Shown here: positions 37,617 to 46,478 of the stretch, one piece after another
Layout: every line of letters starts with the position of its first letter
How positions within the stretch are numbered: the stretch's first letter is position 1
Origin: Escherichia phage EI-SP-GF
Length of the DNA: 64,000 nucleotides
Reading direction: 5' to 3' (one strand)
Sequence record: OR992645.1
Notes under the pieces: generated by a model
The model's input: the letters and a program-made list of their open reading frames with translations, nothing else
Told to the model about the DNA's origin: nothing
Database searches by the model: none
Made by a program: the position numbers and the translations under genes

Positions 37617-37807
37617 AAGTAAAGTATCTGGCTGAAGGTATGAGTAGGTATTTTACCCTTGGAGAAGAATATTGGCCCTTTACAAGTAACGGCGATGTCT
37701 ACGTGAAAGATAATTTCGGTACGCCGTGGTTTTTACACTCTAACGGGTTAGGATATTCTATTTATCGCAGTGCAATGAGTAACACAACCCTTGCAGAGTT
37801 TGTATAG
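37613..37807 (+). CDS. small protein, member 3 of the tandem paralogous family
   Basis: GEEYWPF...KDNFGTPWFLH; ATGA coupling. Confidence 0.4.
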   Translation: MKVKYLAEGMSRYFTLGEEYWPFTSNGDVYVKDNFGTPWFLHSNGLGYSIYRSAMSNTTLAEFV

Positions 37808-37817
37808 AGGAGGTAGA

Positions 37818-38189
37818 ATGTTAGTAAAAGGTACCCACACAGTCAAACAGCGTATTGAAGTTGAGATTGATGATTGTGAGCTGAAGCATATTCTACGGTC
37901 ATGCTCTAACGTTTTGCTCCTTAGTATTCTCCAGGAGCGAGCGGAGAACGAGTTCTTAAATGCACTGGCAGGCCACCCTGGCGACTTCTGTGTGCGTAAA
38001 CGTGGAAATAACAAGCCTTGGCTATGGGAAATTGATGCCAGTTGGGATTACCACAAAAATGAAGGCATAGACGAACCTATCCGAGAGCTAACCGAAAATG
38101 AGGTTCAGATGTATGAAGATGTTTGCCAATGGGCAAAAAGTCAACAGACCTATCTCGATCCCTGGTGGATGATTGAAAATAGTCGTTGA
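37818..38189 (+). CDS. hypothetical protein
   Basis: ATG after GAGGAGG RBS; 123 aa. Confidence 0.4.
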   Translation: MLVKGTHTVKQRIEVEIDDCELKHILRSCSNVLLLSILQERAENEFLNALAGHPGDFCVRKRGNNKPWLWEIDASWDYHKNEGIDEPIRELTENEVQMYEDVCQWAKSQQTYLDPWWMIENSR

Positions 38190-38265
38190 CAAGAAGTAAG
38201 ATTAGATATAAGATGCTCCACACAAATAGGGAGTTGATTTTTAAACAATTGAGGAGACTGCTAAA

Positions 38266-38520
38266 ATGAAAATTACTTTGAAGCCAGAATGCGTTGCAAA
38301 TGACCGAGCTTTTAAAGATTGCACACTCGGTGCAATTTATGAAGCAGAGTTTTGTGAGAACCCTCTGGTAAAAGCCCTTCTGGAAGAAGGAACCTGTTTA
38401 TCACAAGAAGAACTTGATGAGTTGGAAAACTCGGCCCAGTGTCTTACCTTTAAAGATGATGAAGGGGATTCTGTCTGGTGCACTGTTAACGAAGTAGTTT
38501 TTGTAAAACCTGAGCATTAA
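38266..38520 (+). CDS. small protein, related family member
   Basis: KPECVANDRAFKDCT...FKDDEGDSVWCT parallels the next gene's product; RBS GAGGAGA. Confidence 0.4.
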   Translation: MKITLKPECVANDRAFKDCTLGAIYEAEFCENPLVKALLEEGTCLSQEELDELENSAQCLTFKDDEGDSVWCTVNEVVFVKPEH

Positions 38521-38583
38521 TACTTGACAATAGAGATGGGGTCTAATATAATGGCCCTATCAAAACGAAAGGAGACCACAGCA

Positions 38584-38856
38584 ATGACCAAACAATATCA
38601 ACGAATTAAAGCCAAGGTTAAGCCAGACTATCTGGAGAAGGACTCTGCTTTTCGGGACTGCACAGCAGACAAAATTTACACAGGGGCCGTCCTGCTAAAC
38701 GATGAATTTGAAGTGGATGTGCTAGGTAAGGAGGCTACTATCAAGGATGACCAGGGAGATTATGTTTGTTGCACCACCAGAGAGCTGGAGGTATTAGAAT
38801 ACTTCGGTGAAATCTTCACCTCTCTTGATGATTACTTAGATGACGAGGAAGCGTGA
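38584..38856 (+). CDS. small protein, related family member
   Basis: KPDYLEKDSAFRDCT...IKDDQGDYVCCT; start taken at ATG (MTKQYQ). Confidence 0.4.
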   Translation: MTKQYQRIKAKVKPDYLEKDSAFRDCTADKIYTGAVLLNDEFEVDVLGKEATIKDDQGDYVCCTTRELEVLEYFGEIFTSLDDYLDDEEA

Positions 38857-39257
38857 TGAAAAACATTTGGGATATTAATATCTTTGAAGCCTCTGAGCTT
38901 GACGGTGCCGATGGAGTTATTATAGTCTCTGATGGAAAGGCAACATTGACCTCTGGACTGACCTATGAGGACACTACCTACGCACTGGGAGATCTTGCCT
39001 TGTTGAAATCCACAGGTGACTCTCTGGAAGAACGTCTGCAAGGATTTGCCTTTAAAGAAGGCACAAGCACCACACTGATGTGCACTACACGCACTGTTCA
39101 GTTGGGCAACGGAGTCTATATGGTCATTGCAGTGTGCCCCAAATTCAGCAACATCAATAAAGATGATGCTGACGCTGTCAACGACGTGGTTGTCCTCTTC
39201 GTTGGTGACGCTATGGCAGATCTGATGAATGCAGGAGAAGCAGCAAATGAAGACTGA
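38853..39257 (+). CDS. hypothetical protein
   Basis: 134-aa ORF, ATGA coupling. Confidence 0.4.
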   Translation: MMKNIWDINIFEASELDGADGVIIVSDGKATLTSGLTYEDTTYALGDLALLKSTGDSLEERLQGFAFKEGTSTTLMCTTRTVQLGNGVYMVIAVCPKFSNINKDDADAVNDVVVLFVGDAMADLMNAGEAANED

Positions 39258-39549
39258 AAACATAAACCCAACAGGGTTCTTGAAAGTATACCGTGAACTG
39301 CTGTATACTACAGAGGACAGTGTTCTAGAGTATCCAGAATACCTTTTGCTGTATAAGTATCTACAGGAAGCTGGTGAAAATCTACCAGTTAGTGCAGAAG
39401 GCGGTCCGAACTGGATATACAGCGCATGGAGAAAGGTTGACATTCTCCCAGATCCAGGAAAAGATATGGTAGTTTGGCAGCTTATCAACAACATCGGGAT
39501 TCCAATCTTTGATGAAGCTGTTAAAATCTATTTTGAACTTGACGATTAA
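39247..39549 (+). CDS. hypothetical protein
   Basis: Start at ATG (MKTENI) with AGGAGA RBS. Confidence 0.4.
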   Translation: MKTENINPTGFLKVYRELLYTTEDSVLEYPEYLLLYKYLQEAGENLPVSAEGGPNWIYSAWRKVDILPDPGKDMVVWQLINNIGIPIFDEAVKIYFELDD

Positions 39550-39566
39550 TATCAGGAGACCTTAAG

Positions 39567-39812
39567 ATGGCTGAAGTAGTTGCTCGCGCAGGACAGAAAG
39601 TACGTTGTGTTGAAGTAGGTTTTGGTGGCAAAGGGTGTCAAAACTTGACTCAAGGTAAGGAATACACTGTTGTTTCTGGTGGTGGTGACGAAAGTATTGT
39701 GTTCGATGACCATATTCTGGATGTTGAAAACTTTGAAATAATTGACGATGATGGTGATCCGATCACCTGCCTGCTGAACGGGAGTTGGGGCACTTTCGAA
39801 GTAATTGGCTAA
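39567..39812 (+). CDS. small protein, possible distant family member
   Basis: 81 aa; GKEYTVV...DDGD pattern; RBS AGGAGA. Confidence 0.35.
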   Translation: MAEVVARAGQKVRCVEVGFGGKGCQNLTQGKEYTVVSGGGDESIVFDDHILDVENFEIIDDDGDPITCLLNGSWGTFEVIG

Positions 39813-39849
39813 TAAATAGCTGTTGTAATTTACAGAAGGAGATGCTAAA

Positions 39850-40260
39850 ATGGTGTCTCCTTTATGTTGTTCAAATAAAATCGGAGATTCCACAATGGAA
39901 CAAATGAACGATCAAGCGTCGGTTGCGATGAACGAGCAAGAACAACCTCAAGAATTTTTCTTAGGGTTAAGCAAAGATCAAGTGTCTCTTCTGCTGGTAC
40001 TTTCTTCTTTTATGGGAAGACTTCAGGAGCTCACACAACAACCAGAGGCTGAACAGTTATTTCAGGCTCTGCGCGAAGAAGAAAAATATCGTCGTTTGGA
40101 TTATGCCTTAGGTTGGGTAGCTCAGCAACGAGATATGCTAATGGCCCTTTCTGGGACGACAAGTTTTGCAATGGGCCTGTTGGCTCAAGTGCAGGACAAA
40201 TTAATTCAAGCAGGGTTTGCACACACAGCAAACACCAACGAAGAACAAGGAGACAAATAA
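39850..40260 (+). CDS. hypothetical protein
   Basis: 136-aa ORF, RBS AAGGAGA. Confidence 0.4.
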   Translation: MVSPLCCSNKIGDSTMEQMNDQASVAMNEQEQPQEFFLGLSKDQVSLLLVLSSFMGRLQELTQQPEAEQLFQALREEEKYRRLDYALGWVAQQRDMLMALSGTTSFAMGLLAQVQDKLIQAGFAHTANTNEEQGDK

Positions 40261-41531
40261 TGAGCGTTATTCAACAATTTGCCAACCCGATGAATCCGCG
40301 TGAAACTGTTTTACTGGCTCACGGTATGATTAAACGTGTCAGCATCAAGCCCATTAAAGGTGCTGATCCTACAACAGGTATTAAAACCACTGTGTGGCAA
40401 GGTAAGAAAATTGAATCCAGCCACACCATCTCTTTACTGATTTCTGAACTGGACTCCTCTGATAACCTGCTCCAAGGTGGTGAAGAAGTTTGGATCAGTA
40501 TGGGTGATAAACTGCTTAAGCATGGTCATCAAGACTCCGTCTCTGTTAAAATTGACGACAAGTGGGAAACCGTAACGCCAGGATGGATCGTAAATATCCC
40601 TTTGAAGGCAAACGAGCATAACGGCAAGACCTACTACAAAGGCTCACTGGCTAAAATGGTTAAGTTGGGGGCAGGAGAGGCTCCAGCAGCGCCACAGCAA
40701 CAAAAACAGCAACAAGGCACACAATCACAAGGCCAGAAGCAGAAACCTCAGCAGAATGCCAATCAGGACGTTTTACGCATCTATGGTGATGTGACTCAGA
40801 TTGTTGGCAACGTGGTTACTGTCAATGATCACAAGATTGGTGAAGGTGCTATGGTTGTCACGGATGAGCAGCTTAAAGACCTGGTGGTAGGTGGTCGTGT
40901 TGCAGCCATTGTTGACAAAGACACCGGAAACATTATCAGTGGTTTCAAAGCCTACCCACCTAAGGCAGAGAACGGTACACAAGGTTCTGGTGGTAAGCGT
41001 AAATCCTCTTACGACCCCATCGGTGTAGAGACAGGGCACAGTATCAATGCATTGCAGATCATCCTGGATCGCGGGTTTAAGATTGACAGCCCTTTAGATG
41101 TGGCTAAAACACTGCACGTGGTCACCATCGAGCTTAAGAAAGAGTACGCTCAAGCCACTAACCGAACTGAAGATGAAGTAGGTGCCAGTGTTGGTAATGC
41201 GGTATTGAACGCTTGTCGCCGTATTGACAAGAAAACGAAAGTTGATGATTTTGCAGTAGCAATTACTGCAGAGGCAAAAGATGTCTTGACTAATCTTGCT
41301 GAACCGTTGTATGATTGGATCAAGAACGGTGCTGGAGCCACTGACCATCAAGAGCCTCAAGCTGCCAAACAGGAAGCCGCCCCACAGCAAAACACTGTAG
41401 ACGCTCCTCCTGTAGATGATGCGGAAGACGACCCGATGGATCAGAATCCGGCACAGTACGACTTCTGTGATGACATACCTTTCGCTCCGGTAGGTCTGCA
41501 ATATGGTAAAAGTAGAATCTACGCATTGTAA
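40260..41531 (+). CDS. putative ssDNA-binding protein with Gln-rich linker and DDIPF motif
   Basis: Start at ATG overlapping the upstream stop (TAATG); low-complexity Q-rich linker; acidic C-terminal region containing DDIPF about 17 residues before the end; sits between polymerase and nuclease-like genes. Confidence 0.4.
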   Translation: MSVIQQFANPMNPRETVLLAHGMIKRVSIKPIKGADPTTGIKTTVWQGKKIESSHTISLLISELDSSDNLLQGGEEVWISMGDKLLKHGHQDSVSVKIDDKWETVTPGWIVNIPLKANEHNGKTYYKGSLAKMVKLGAGEAPAAPQQQKQQQGTQSQGQKQKPQQNANQDVLRIYGDVTQIVGNVVTVNDHKIGEGAMVVTDEQLKDLVVGGRVAAIVDKDTGNIISGFKAYPPKAENGTQGSGGKRKSSYDPIGVETGHSINALQIILDRGFKIDSPLDVAKTLHVVTIELKKEYAQATNRTEDEVGASVGNAVLNACRRIDKKTKVDDFAVAITAEAKDVLTNLAEPLYDWIKNGAGATDHQEPQAAKQEAAPQQNTVDAPPVDDAEDDPMDQNPAQYDFCDDIPFAPVGLQYGKSRIYAL

Positions 41532-42126
41532 GAGGTGCATCAAGTGCGGAGAGGTGAAAAACCTCTCCGAGTTCTACAAACATCCAAAGATGGCTGACGG
41601 TCATCTTAATAAGTGCAAAGAGTGCTGTAAGAAGGCCAGCAGAGAGGCTGACCAGTTTTCCCACAACTCTTCGGAAAAAGGTGTAATACGCGTGCTGTAC
41701 AAGTCTCAAAAGTGCAACAGCAAGCAAAGAGGTCACCCTCCTCCGACTTACACCAAAAAAGAGTTTAAGGAGTGGCTATACCTAAACGGTTACAAAGAGT
41801 TGTATGATCAGTGGGTAGCCAGCGGATACGACAAAAGGAAAAAGCCTTCTTGTGACAGGATAGATGATTTCAAAGGGTACTCTTTTGATAATATCCGTTT
41901 AACGACTTGGGGAGAAAATAAAGATAAGCAGACGGAGGATATTCTGTTGCATAGAAGCACCAGCGGTAGACGGTGTAAAAATGTAAGGAGGCTGGACATG
42001 AATGGCAACGTTCTTAAAGAATGGGTATCCCACAATTCTTGCCGAAGAGAAACAGGGATATGTGTTGATTACTACATTCATGAAAAAATTCCAGCTCCCG
42101 ATGGATACCTCTATGAATACTTCTAA
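41503..42126 (+). CDS. HNH-like (degenerate) endonuclease / zinc-finger protein
   Basis: N-terminal CxxC...CxxCC cluster; later CDRIDD...[12 protein letters not shown] resembles an HNH core with the His replaced; start uncertain. Confidence 0.4.
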   Translation: MVKVESTHCKRCIKCGEVKNLSEFYKHPKMADGHLNKCKECCKKASREADQFSHNSSEKGVIRVLYKSQKCNSKQRGHPPPTYTKKEFKEWLYLNGYKELYDQWVASGYDKRKKPSCDRIDDFKGYSFDNIRLTTWGENKDKQTEDILLHRSTSGRRCKNVRRLDMNGNVLKEWVSHNSCRRETGICVDYYIHEKIPAPDGYLYEYF

Positions 42127-42141
42127 CATTTAGTTAACATA

Positions 42142-42170
42142 GCCCTGCCCGAAAGGGTGGGGCATTTTTG
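42142..42170 (+). terminator. Rho-independent terminator (copy 2 of the duplicated 22-nt hairpin)
   Basis: GCCCTGCCCGAAAGGGTGGGGC followed by ATTTTT; identical to the hairpin at 31342. Confidence 0.55.
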
Positions 42171-42187
42171 TATAAGGAGATCTAAAA

Positions 42188-42604
42188 ATGACATTAGAAG
42201 ATATCATTGTTAAACCTGAGAACTATGACCGATACAACCTGTCAACTCAATCTGTAGACCTTGGATGCGCCACGGTCAGTGCGTGGCTGGTTAACGGAAA
42301 AGAGCTGGATAAATGCTTAGAAGCTCACATGTCTATTAACAAGTTTCTGGATGAAAATACTCACTGGCTGGAAGGTGCAGGTGTATACGCTTCGTGGCTA
42401 GAGAGTATGGGATTTGACTACCAATCTGAAGAGGGGTGGTGGAGCTATCTGGCTATCTGTCCAGAGACATTGCAATGCTTCATGAAATATTCTGAAGATT
42501 TGGAGTACCGGGCGGTGGTTGACAGTGCTATTGCTCGTTATAGCCGTAAACCTTTTTCCCACGACATTAAAACTGTGGAAGAATTTGTTGAAGTTTTCTG
42601 TTGA
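42188..42604 (+). CDS. hypothetical protein
   Basis: 138-aa ORF with AAGGAGA RBS. Confidence 0.4.
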   Translation: MTLEDIIVKPENYDRYNLSTQSVDLGCATVSAWLVNGKELDKCLEAHMSINKFLDENTHWLEGAGVYASWLESMGFDYQSEEGWWSYLAICPETLQCFMKYSEDLEYRAVVDSAIARYSRKPFSHDIKTVEEFVEVFC

Positions 42605-42700
42605 CACAGGTTGTAAGGTGTGCAATTATAACCTTGTTGAGCTGGAGGATGTGATGAACGAAGAAAACTGGGATGTATAACTAACAGGAGGCCACTGCCC

Positions 42701-42898
42701 ATGATTTATCGAATCCGTGTGAGAGAAGATGCACCAGGTTGTTACTTTGACTGGCGTGGGTGGTGGTTTCTCCACCCAATGGATGGACTCACAGATAGAA
42801 TGCTAGATGCTGCCCTTTACACAGATACTGACATAGAGTATAATCTTTACTTGAAGGATGGTATCGATAACGGCCTGTTTGAAGCAATTCCTGCGTAA
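42701..42898 (+). CDS. hypothetical small protein
   Basis: 65-aa ORF with AGGAGG RBS. Confidence 0.35.
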   Translation: MIYRIRVREDAPGCYFDWRGWWFLHPMDGLTDRMLDAALYTDTDIEYNLYLKDGIDNGLFEAIPA

Positions 42899-42963
42899 GA
42901 GAATGTGATCGCCATGTTTTATGATCTTCCTGTAGCACCACCTATTGATCCTGGAGAACTACG

Positions 42964-43389
42964 ATGATTTATGAAATGCCAAAACTGATTCGTGACGATG
43001 CACGAAACGCCCACACCTTTATTATGGGCAAGCGCATGGATATTATTTGCCACAAAGACTTCTGGGAAGGAAGCTACTTCACAGAATATTTTGGAAAAAT
43101 GGATGATGGCCTACTGATCCAGTTTTACACCGATGCGGAAAACAACATTAGTTGGGAGTTCGAGACCGAAGATATCCATAAACTTTTCACCTTCCTCGAC
43201 ATTAAGGTTAAGGCCAAGTTTGAAGAAGGTGAGTGCGACGATTGTGGATTTTATGAGGTAACAGATTTCTATCTTCCGAGCGGTAAAAACCTTTACTATG
43301 AAAGCCACTTCGGTAACTCCAATATGCCACAGTGCTGGACTGAGTTTTTTGAAATTGTGGAAGAGGAGCTGGAATATCGTGATTATTGA
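42964..43389 (+). CDS. hypothetical protein
   Basis: 141-aa ORF, ATG start. Confidence 0.4.
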   Translation: MIYEMPKLIRDDARNAHTFIMGKRMDIICHKDFWEGSYFTEYFGKMDDGLLIQFYTDAENNISWEFETEDIHKLFTFLDIKVKAKFEEGECDDCGFYEVTDFYLPSGKNLYYESHFGNSNMPQCWTEFFEIVEEELEYRDY

Positions 43390-43837
43390 TACTGTAGAGG
43401 GAGATTTAATCTCCCTTTTTAAGAGCGGTGCTGGTCACCTGATCCACGGTTGTAACTGCTTCCACACAATGGGTAAGGGTGTAGCAAAACAGATTGCCCG
43501 TGAGTTCCCTCAAGCATTGGAAGCTGATAAAATGACTATGCACGGTTGCCTAAGCAAACTGGGCGCGTTCTCCCGCTGGGAGCACTTATCTCCGATAGGT
43601 ATTGTCTACGGAATAAATCTGTATACTCAGTTCTACCCAGGGCCTAATGCTGAATATTTCTCAATACTGAAAGGCTTTGAGCGAGTCAATGAAGTATTTG
43701 AGGGGTCGATTTTACCATTCTACATCCCTAAGATCGGGTGCGGCATAGGCGGTTTGAAGTGGGAACATGTAGAGGACATTATTAACCTTGCCACTTTTGA
43801 TATAGATATTATAGTGGTGGAGTACAAAGGGTGTTGA
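43379..43837 (+). CDS. macro-domain protein (TARG1/DarG-like ADP-ribose hydrolase fold)
   Basis: GTG start after GAGGAG; EGDLISLFKSGAGHLIHGCNCFHTMGKGVAKQIAREFP resembles, from memory, the TARG1-type macro-domain signature GDLF...AH.IS.DC.MGAGIA. Confidence 0.45.
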   Translation: MIIDTVEGDLISLFKSGAGHLIHGCNCFHTMGKGVAKQIAREFPQALEADKMTMHGCLSKLGAFSRWEHLSPIGIVYGINLYTQFYPGPNAEYFSILKGFERVNEVFEGSILPFYIPKIGCGIGGLKWEHVEDIINLATFDIDIIVVEYKGC

Positions 43838-43891
43838 CAGCTATATTTTAAGGTGGTATAGTCACCACAACGATTAAGACAGGGGAGCACT

Positions 43892-44086
43892 ATGGAGACT
43901 AAAATCCTAATTCTAGCTGTGATAGATACAACAGAAGGAGCCATGTTTGAATCTGCAGGAGGGTATTTCTACCTGCCCTATGGAAAAAGAACTTCCGAGC
44001 CGAGTAAAGATTCAATCCTCAAAGTGTTCCCGTGTGCTTTCTGGCTGGAGATTCTGGTAGAAGATTGCAGAGGACTAGGGAGATAA
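43892..44086 (+). CDS. hypothetical small protein
   Basis: 64-aa ORF with AGGGGAG RBS. Confidence 0.3.
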   Translation: METKILILAVIDTTEGAMFESAGGYFYLPYGKRTSEPSKDSILKVFPCAFWLEILVEDCRGLGR

Positions 44087-44088
44087 TT

Positions 44089-44283
44089 ATGAGAAACAAG
44101 AAAGAGCTTTACTCTGGTGAGTGGATAAACGATCAACAGGTAGGAGAGGTAACCTGCTTCCGGTGCTTTACTCGGTACAATCTTAAAACTGCACCAAAAA
44201 GTGTTCCAAAGACTGATGGTTATTACATAAAAGAACCCCATTGCCCGAAGTGTAAATGCCGATTATACTGGAGTAACCTGTAA
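44089..44283 (+). CDS. small zinc-ribbon protein
   Basis: CFRC...CPKC pair; ATG with GGGAGA RBS. Confidence 0.4.
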   Translation: MRNKKELYSGEWINDQQVGEVTCFRCFTRYNLKTAPKSVPKTDGYYIKEPHCPKCKCRLYWSNL

Positions 44284-44346
44284 AAGGTTGACATCTGAAA
44301 ACTGCAGTATATAATACAAACATAGACTAGCAGAGAGGGATAAATT

Positions 44347-44538
44347 ATGGTAATTTTTAATCGAGACGGTATCATAGTTAGACAGCACCCATTCCTTGAA
44401 TACTATCAAGTTGAGCAATGGTGTTACGGGGATTGCAGTCATTCCTATGGGCAAAGTTGGGGATATCGCACAGTTTTTGAATCAACAGACATTGATAAAG
44501 TAAAACAGAAAGTTTTAGAACTTCTTAACAACAAGTGA
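44347..44538 (+). CDS. hypothetical small protein
   Basis: 63-aa ORF with AGAGGGA RBS. Confidence 0.35.
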   Translation: MVIFNRDGIIVRQHPFLEYYQVEQWCYGDCSHSYGQSWGYRTVFESTDIDKVKQKVLELLNNK

Positions 44539-44548
44539 GTATCGTACC

Positions 44549-44881
44549 ATGGTAACATTAGAAAGACGTAAAGCTATCGCCGCCACACTGGCAGACATTT
44601 TTTGGGATTGTAATTTAAAATCTACCCGAAATTGTGGCGCATCTGTAGATGTATTATTCCCACGGCCTACTATTGTTGCAATGGGCAACCTGCTCGATGT
44701 GGTATATGGAGCATGGGACAAGGAAGGTGGATTCTATATCTGGCAACCTGACTACGGGACTTGGAAAGAGGTTAGTGGTTCTACGGACTTCACCCCTGCA
44801 GTGGCTAAAATGGATGGCTGGAAAATCTATGTCGGTAACGACATGGAACTGAAAGGCGAAATTGTTTACTGGTTACCTTAA
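44549..44881 (+). CDS. hypothetical protein
   Basis: 110-aa ORF. Confidence 0.4.
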   Translation: MVTLERRKAIAATLADIFWDCNLKSTRNCGASVDVLFPRPTIVAMGNLLDVVYGAWDKEGGFYIWQPDYGTWKEVSGSTDFTPAVAKMDGWKIYVGNDMELKGEIVYWLP

Positions 44882-44901
44882 GAAAGTGCAGGAGATAAAG
44901 T

Positions 44902-45147
44902 ATGAACAAAGGGTGGACATTTGTAGACGGCGTTAAAAACATGCCTCTCGGAAAGTATATTGTAGCCATGGCAGATGAGAATGGCAAGGTGGATTTCGGA
45001 GTTTGCGAGATTGTTCTTGCAGGATCTGGTGACTATGCCCACAAAACTGGGATAATTAACGGTCATTTCTACTTTGATTACAACCCTGTCGTGGCGTATA
45101 TGGCTATGCCAGAGTTAGAGCTCCCAAAGGAGGGTGCAGATGTTTAA
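44902..45147 (+). CDS. hypothetical protein
   Basis: 81-aa ORF with AGGAGA RBS. Confidence 0.4.
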   Translation: MNKGWTFVDGVKNMPLGKYIVAMADENGKVDFGVCEIVLAGSGDYAHKTGIINGHFYFDYNPVVAYMAMPELELPKEGADV

Positions 45148-45337
45148 GCTTAAATCTGCATGGAACATTGCTGTGGGTGATGAGATCCGCATTCCGGGTG
45201 GGAAGACCGTTATGAAGATATCCCGTATTGAATACGAAGGAGACCGTGTATTCCACATCTTTGCAGAAGATGGTCGGGAAATTTATGTACAAGCAGGCTC
45301 TCACATCTATATCCGTAAGAAAGGGGATGACAAATGA
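45134..45337 (+). CDS. hypothetical protein
   Basis: 67-aa ORF coupled to neighbours; RBS AAGGAGGG. Confidence 0.4.
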   Translation: MQMFKLKSAWNIAVGDEIRIPGGKTVMKISRIEYEGDRVFHIFAEDGREIYVQAGSHIYIRKKGDDK

Positions 45338-45663
45338 CAGAGATCATTATTTCAACTGCAGGGTATGTATTCCTGACAATCATTGCTCTGACCATTTTGG
45401 TGGCGGTATATGGATTTGTTATTCTACCTATTCTTGAGACAATTAGTTTGTGTCGGTGTTGGAGAAAGGCTTACGGTCCACAGCCGTGGAGGGACTGGCC
45501 CCACCTGGTTCGCATAGCGTTCTCTTATGCTTATGATCACGCCAGCAGTGCATGCATAACAGGGTATCACGCTCACAATTGGAACTGGGAAGGGTTGGGT
45601 AGATGGAATGTTATAAAGACCATACCTCTACGTATGCACAAGCCTAAAAACAAAGACAATTGA
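45334..45663 (+). CDS. small membrane protein
   Basis: 109 aa; N-terminal hydrophobic segment VFLTIIALTILVAVYGFVILPIL; ATGA coupling. Confidence 0.4.
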   Translation: MTEIIISTAGYVFLTIIALTILVAVYGFVILPILETISLCRCWRKAYGPQPWRDWPHLVRIAFSYAYDHASSACITGYHAHNWNWEGLGRWNVIKTIPLRMHKPKNKDN

Positions 45664-45974
45664 TACTTGAAAATCCCTGGCACATCAAGTATAAGGAGGA
45701 TTTCTAAAATGGATTTCCTCCTTTTGATATTTTACCTAGCCGGATATTTTAAAATTCTTAGAAAATCAGAAAATGGATCGAAAACTAAAATGGATTTTTC
45801 AAGACAGGCGCGATAAGATGTGCTGCTCATTCTATCGTTCGCACCGTACTTTAAGTTACTATTCCAGATTTTCCGCACATACCCTCACCCTTCTACCAGA
45901 ACTTTCCCAGCTTACCTTTGACCTTTTATAACAATAAGCCCATTATTCTCAGTAGGTTTTGATACATCTCTCTC

Positions 45975-46062
45975 AGTACTCGATCTGTTTTTCGTTTCAA
46001 AGATTGAATTTTCTGAAAATTTTTCTCGATAAATTTCTTAGTACTCGATCTGTTTTTCGTTT
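45975..46062. repeat. tandem repeat in an AT-rich non-coding region
   Basis: AGTACTCGATCTGTTTTTCGTTT at about 45975 and 46040 (65-bp period) with degenerate further copies (CGATTTTTCGTTTTC, TTTTCTGAAAAT/TTTTCTGGAAAT). Confidence 0.6.
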
Positions 46063-46267
46063 TCTGAATCAGATTTTCTGGAAATCGTTCCGGAGCTCGA
46101 CCTGAAATTTTTGGGGACGAAATCGATTTTTCGTTTTCGGAAATGGATTTTTAAAATTTGTATATGGAAATATTTAAGGAGGTATTATTTTATATAGAAT
46201 TGTCACGGTAGGTAATTAGCATGCTAACTAAATTTATGAAATGCGAAAAGTTCTCATTTAGAATTTT

Positions 46268-46478
46268 GAATGATAATCATTCTCGTTTGCAGAATAACGG
46301 GCACCCCCGGTGATTGTCTCCCGGCCCCTGTTGCCCCGGCTTGTTATTATAGTATCACACAGGACAAAGAAAGCAAGGATTTTTTGCATAAATTTTTAAA
46401 TGATAATGATAACCGTTCTCATTTTATGCAGCGCCCATCCCCGGTGGTTGTCTCCCCCGTCACCGGTGCCTGCCGTCC
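46268..46478. repeat. two paralogous GC-rich elements of about 75 nt (possible structured RNAs)
   Basis: AATGATAATCATTCTCG...GGCACCCCCGGTGATTGTCTCCCGGCCCC versus AATGATAATGATAACCG...GCCCATCCCCGGTGGTTGTCTCCCCCGTCACCGG; no convincing ORF. Confidence 0.5.

Noticed and set aside
40113-40259. Upstream extension of the SSB-like ORF (frame opens at 40113)
   Set aside because: The extension overlaps the preceding gene and lacks an RBS; the ATG at 40260 overlapping the upstream stop (TAATG) is the more plausible start.
45975-46150. Possible CRISPR-like array suggested by the 65-bp-period direct repeats
   Set aside because: Only two exact repeat copies, others degenerate; AT-rich, no cas genes, irregular spacers; more consistent with iteron or tandem-repeat DNA.
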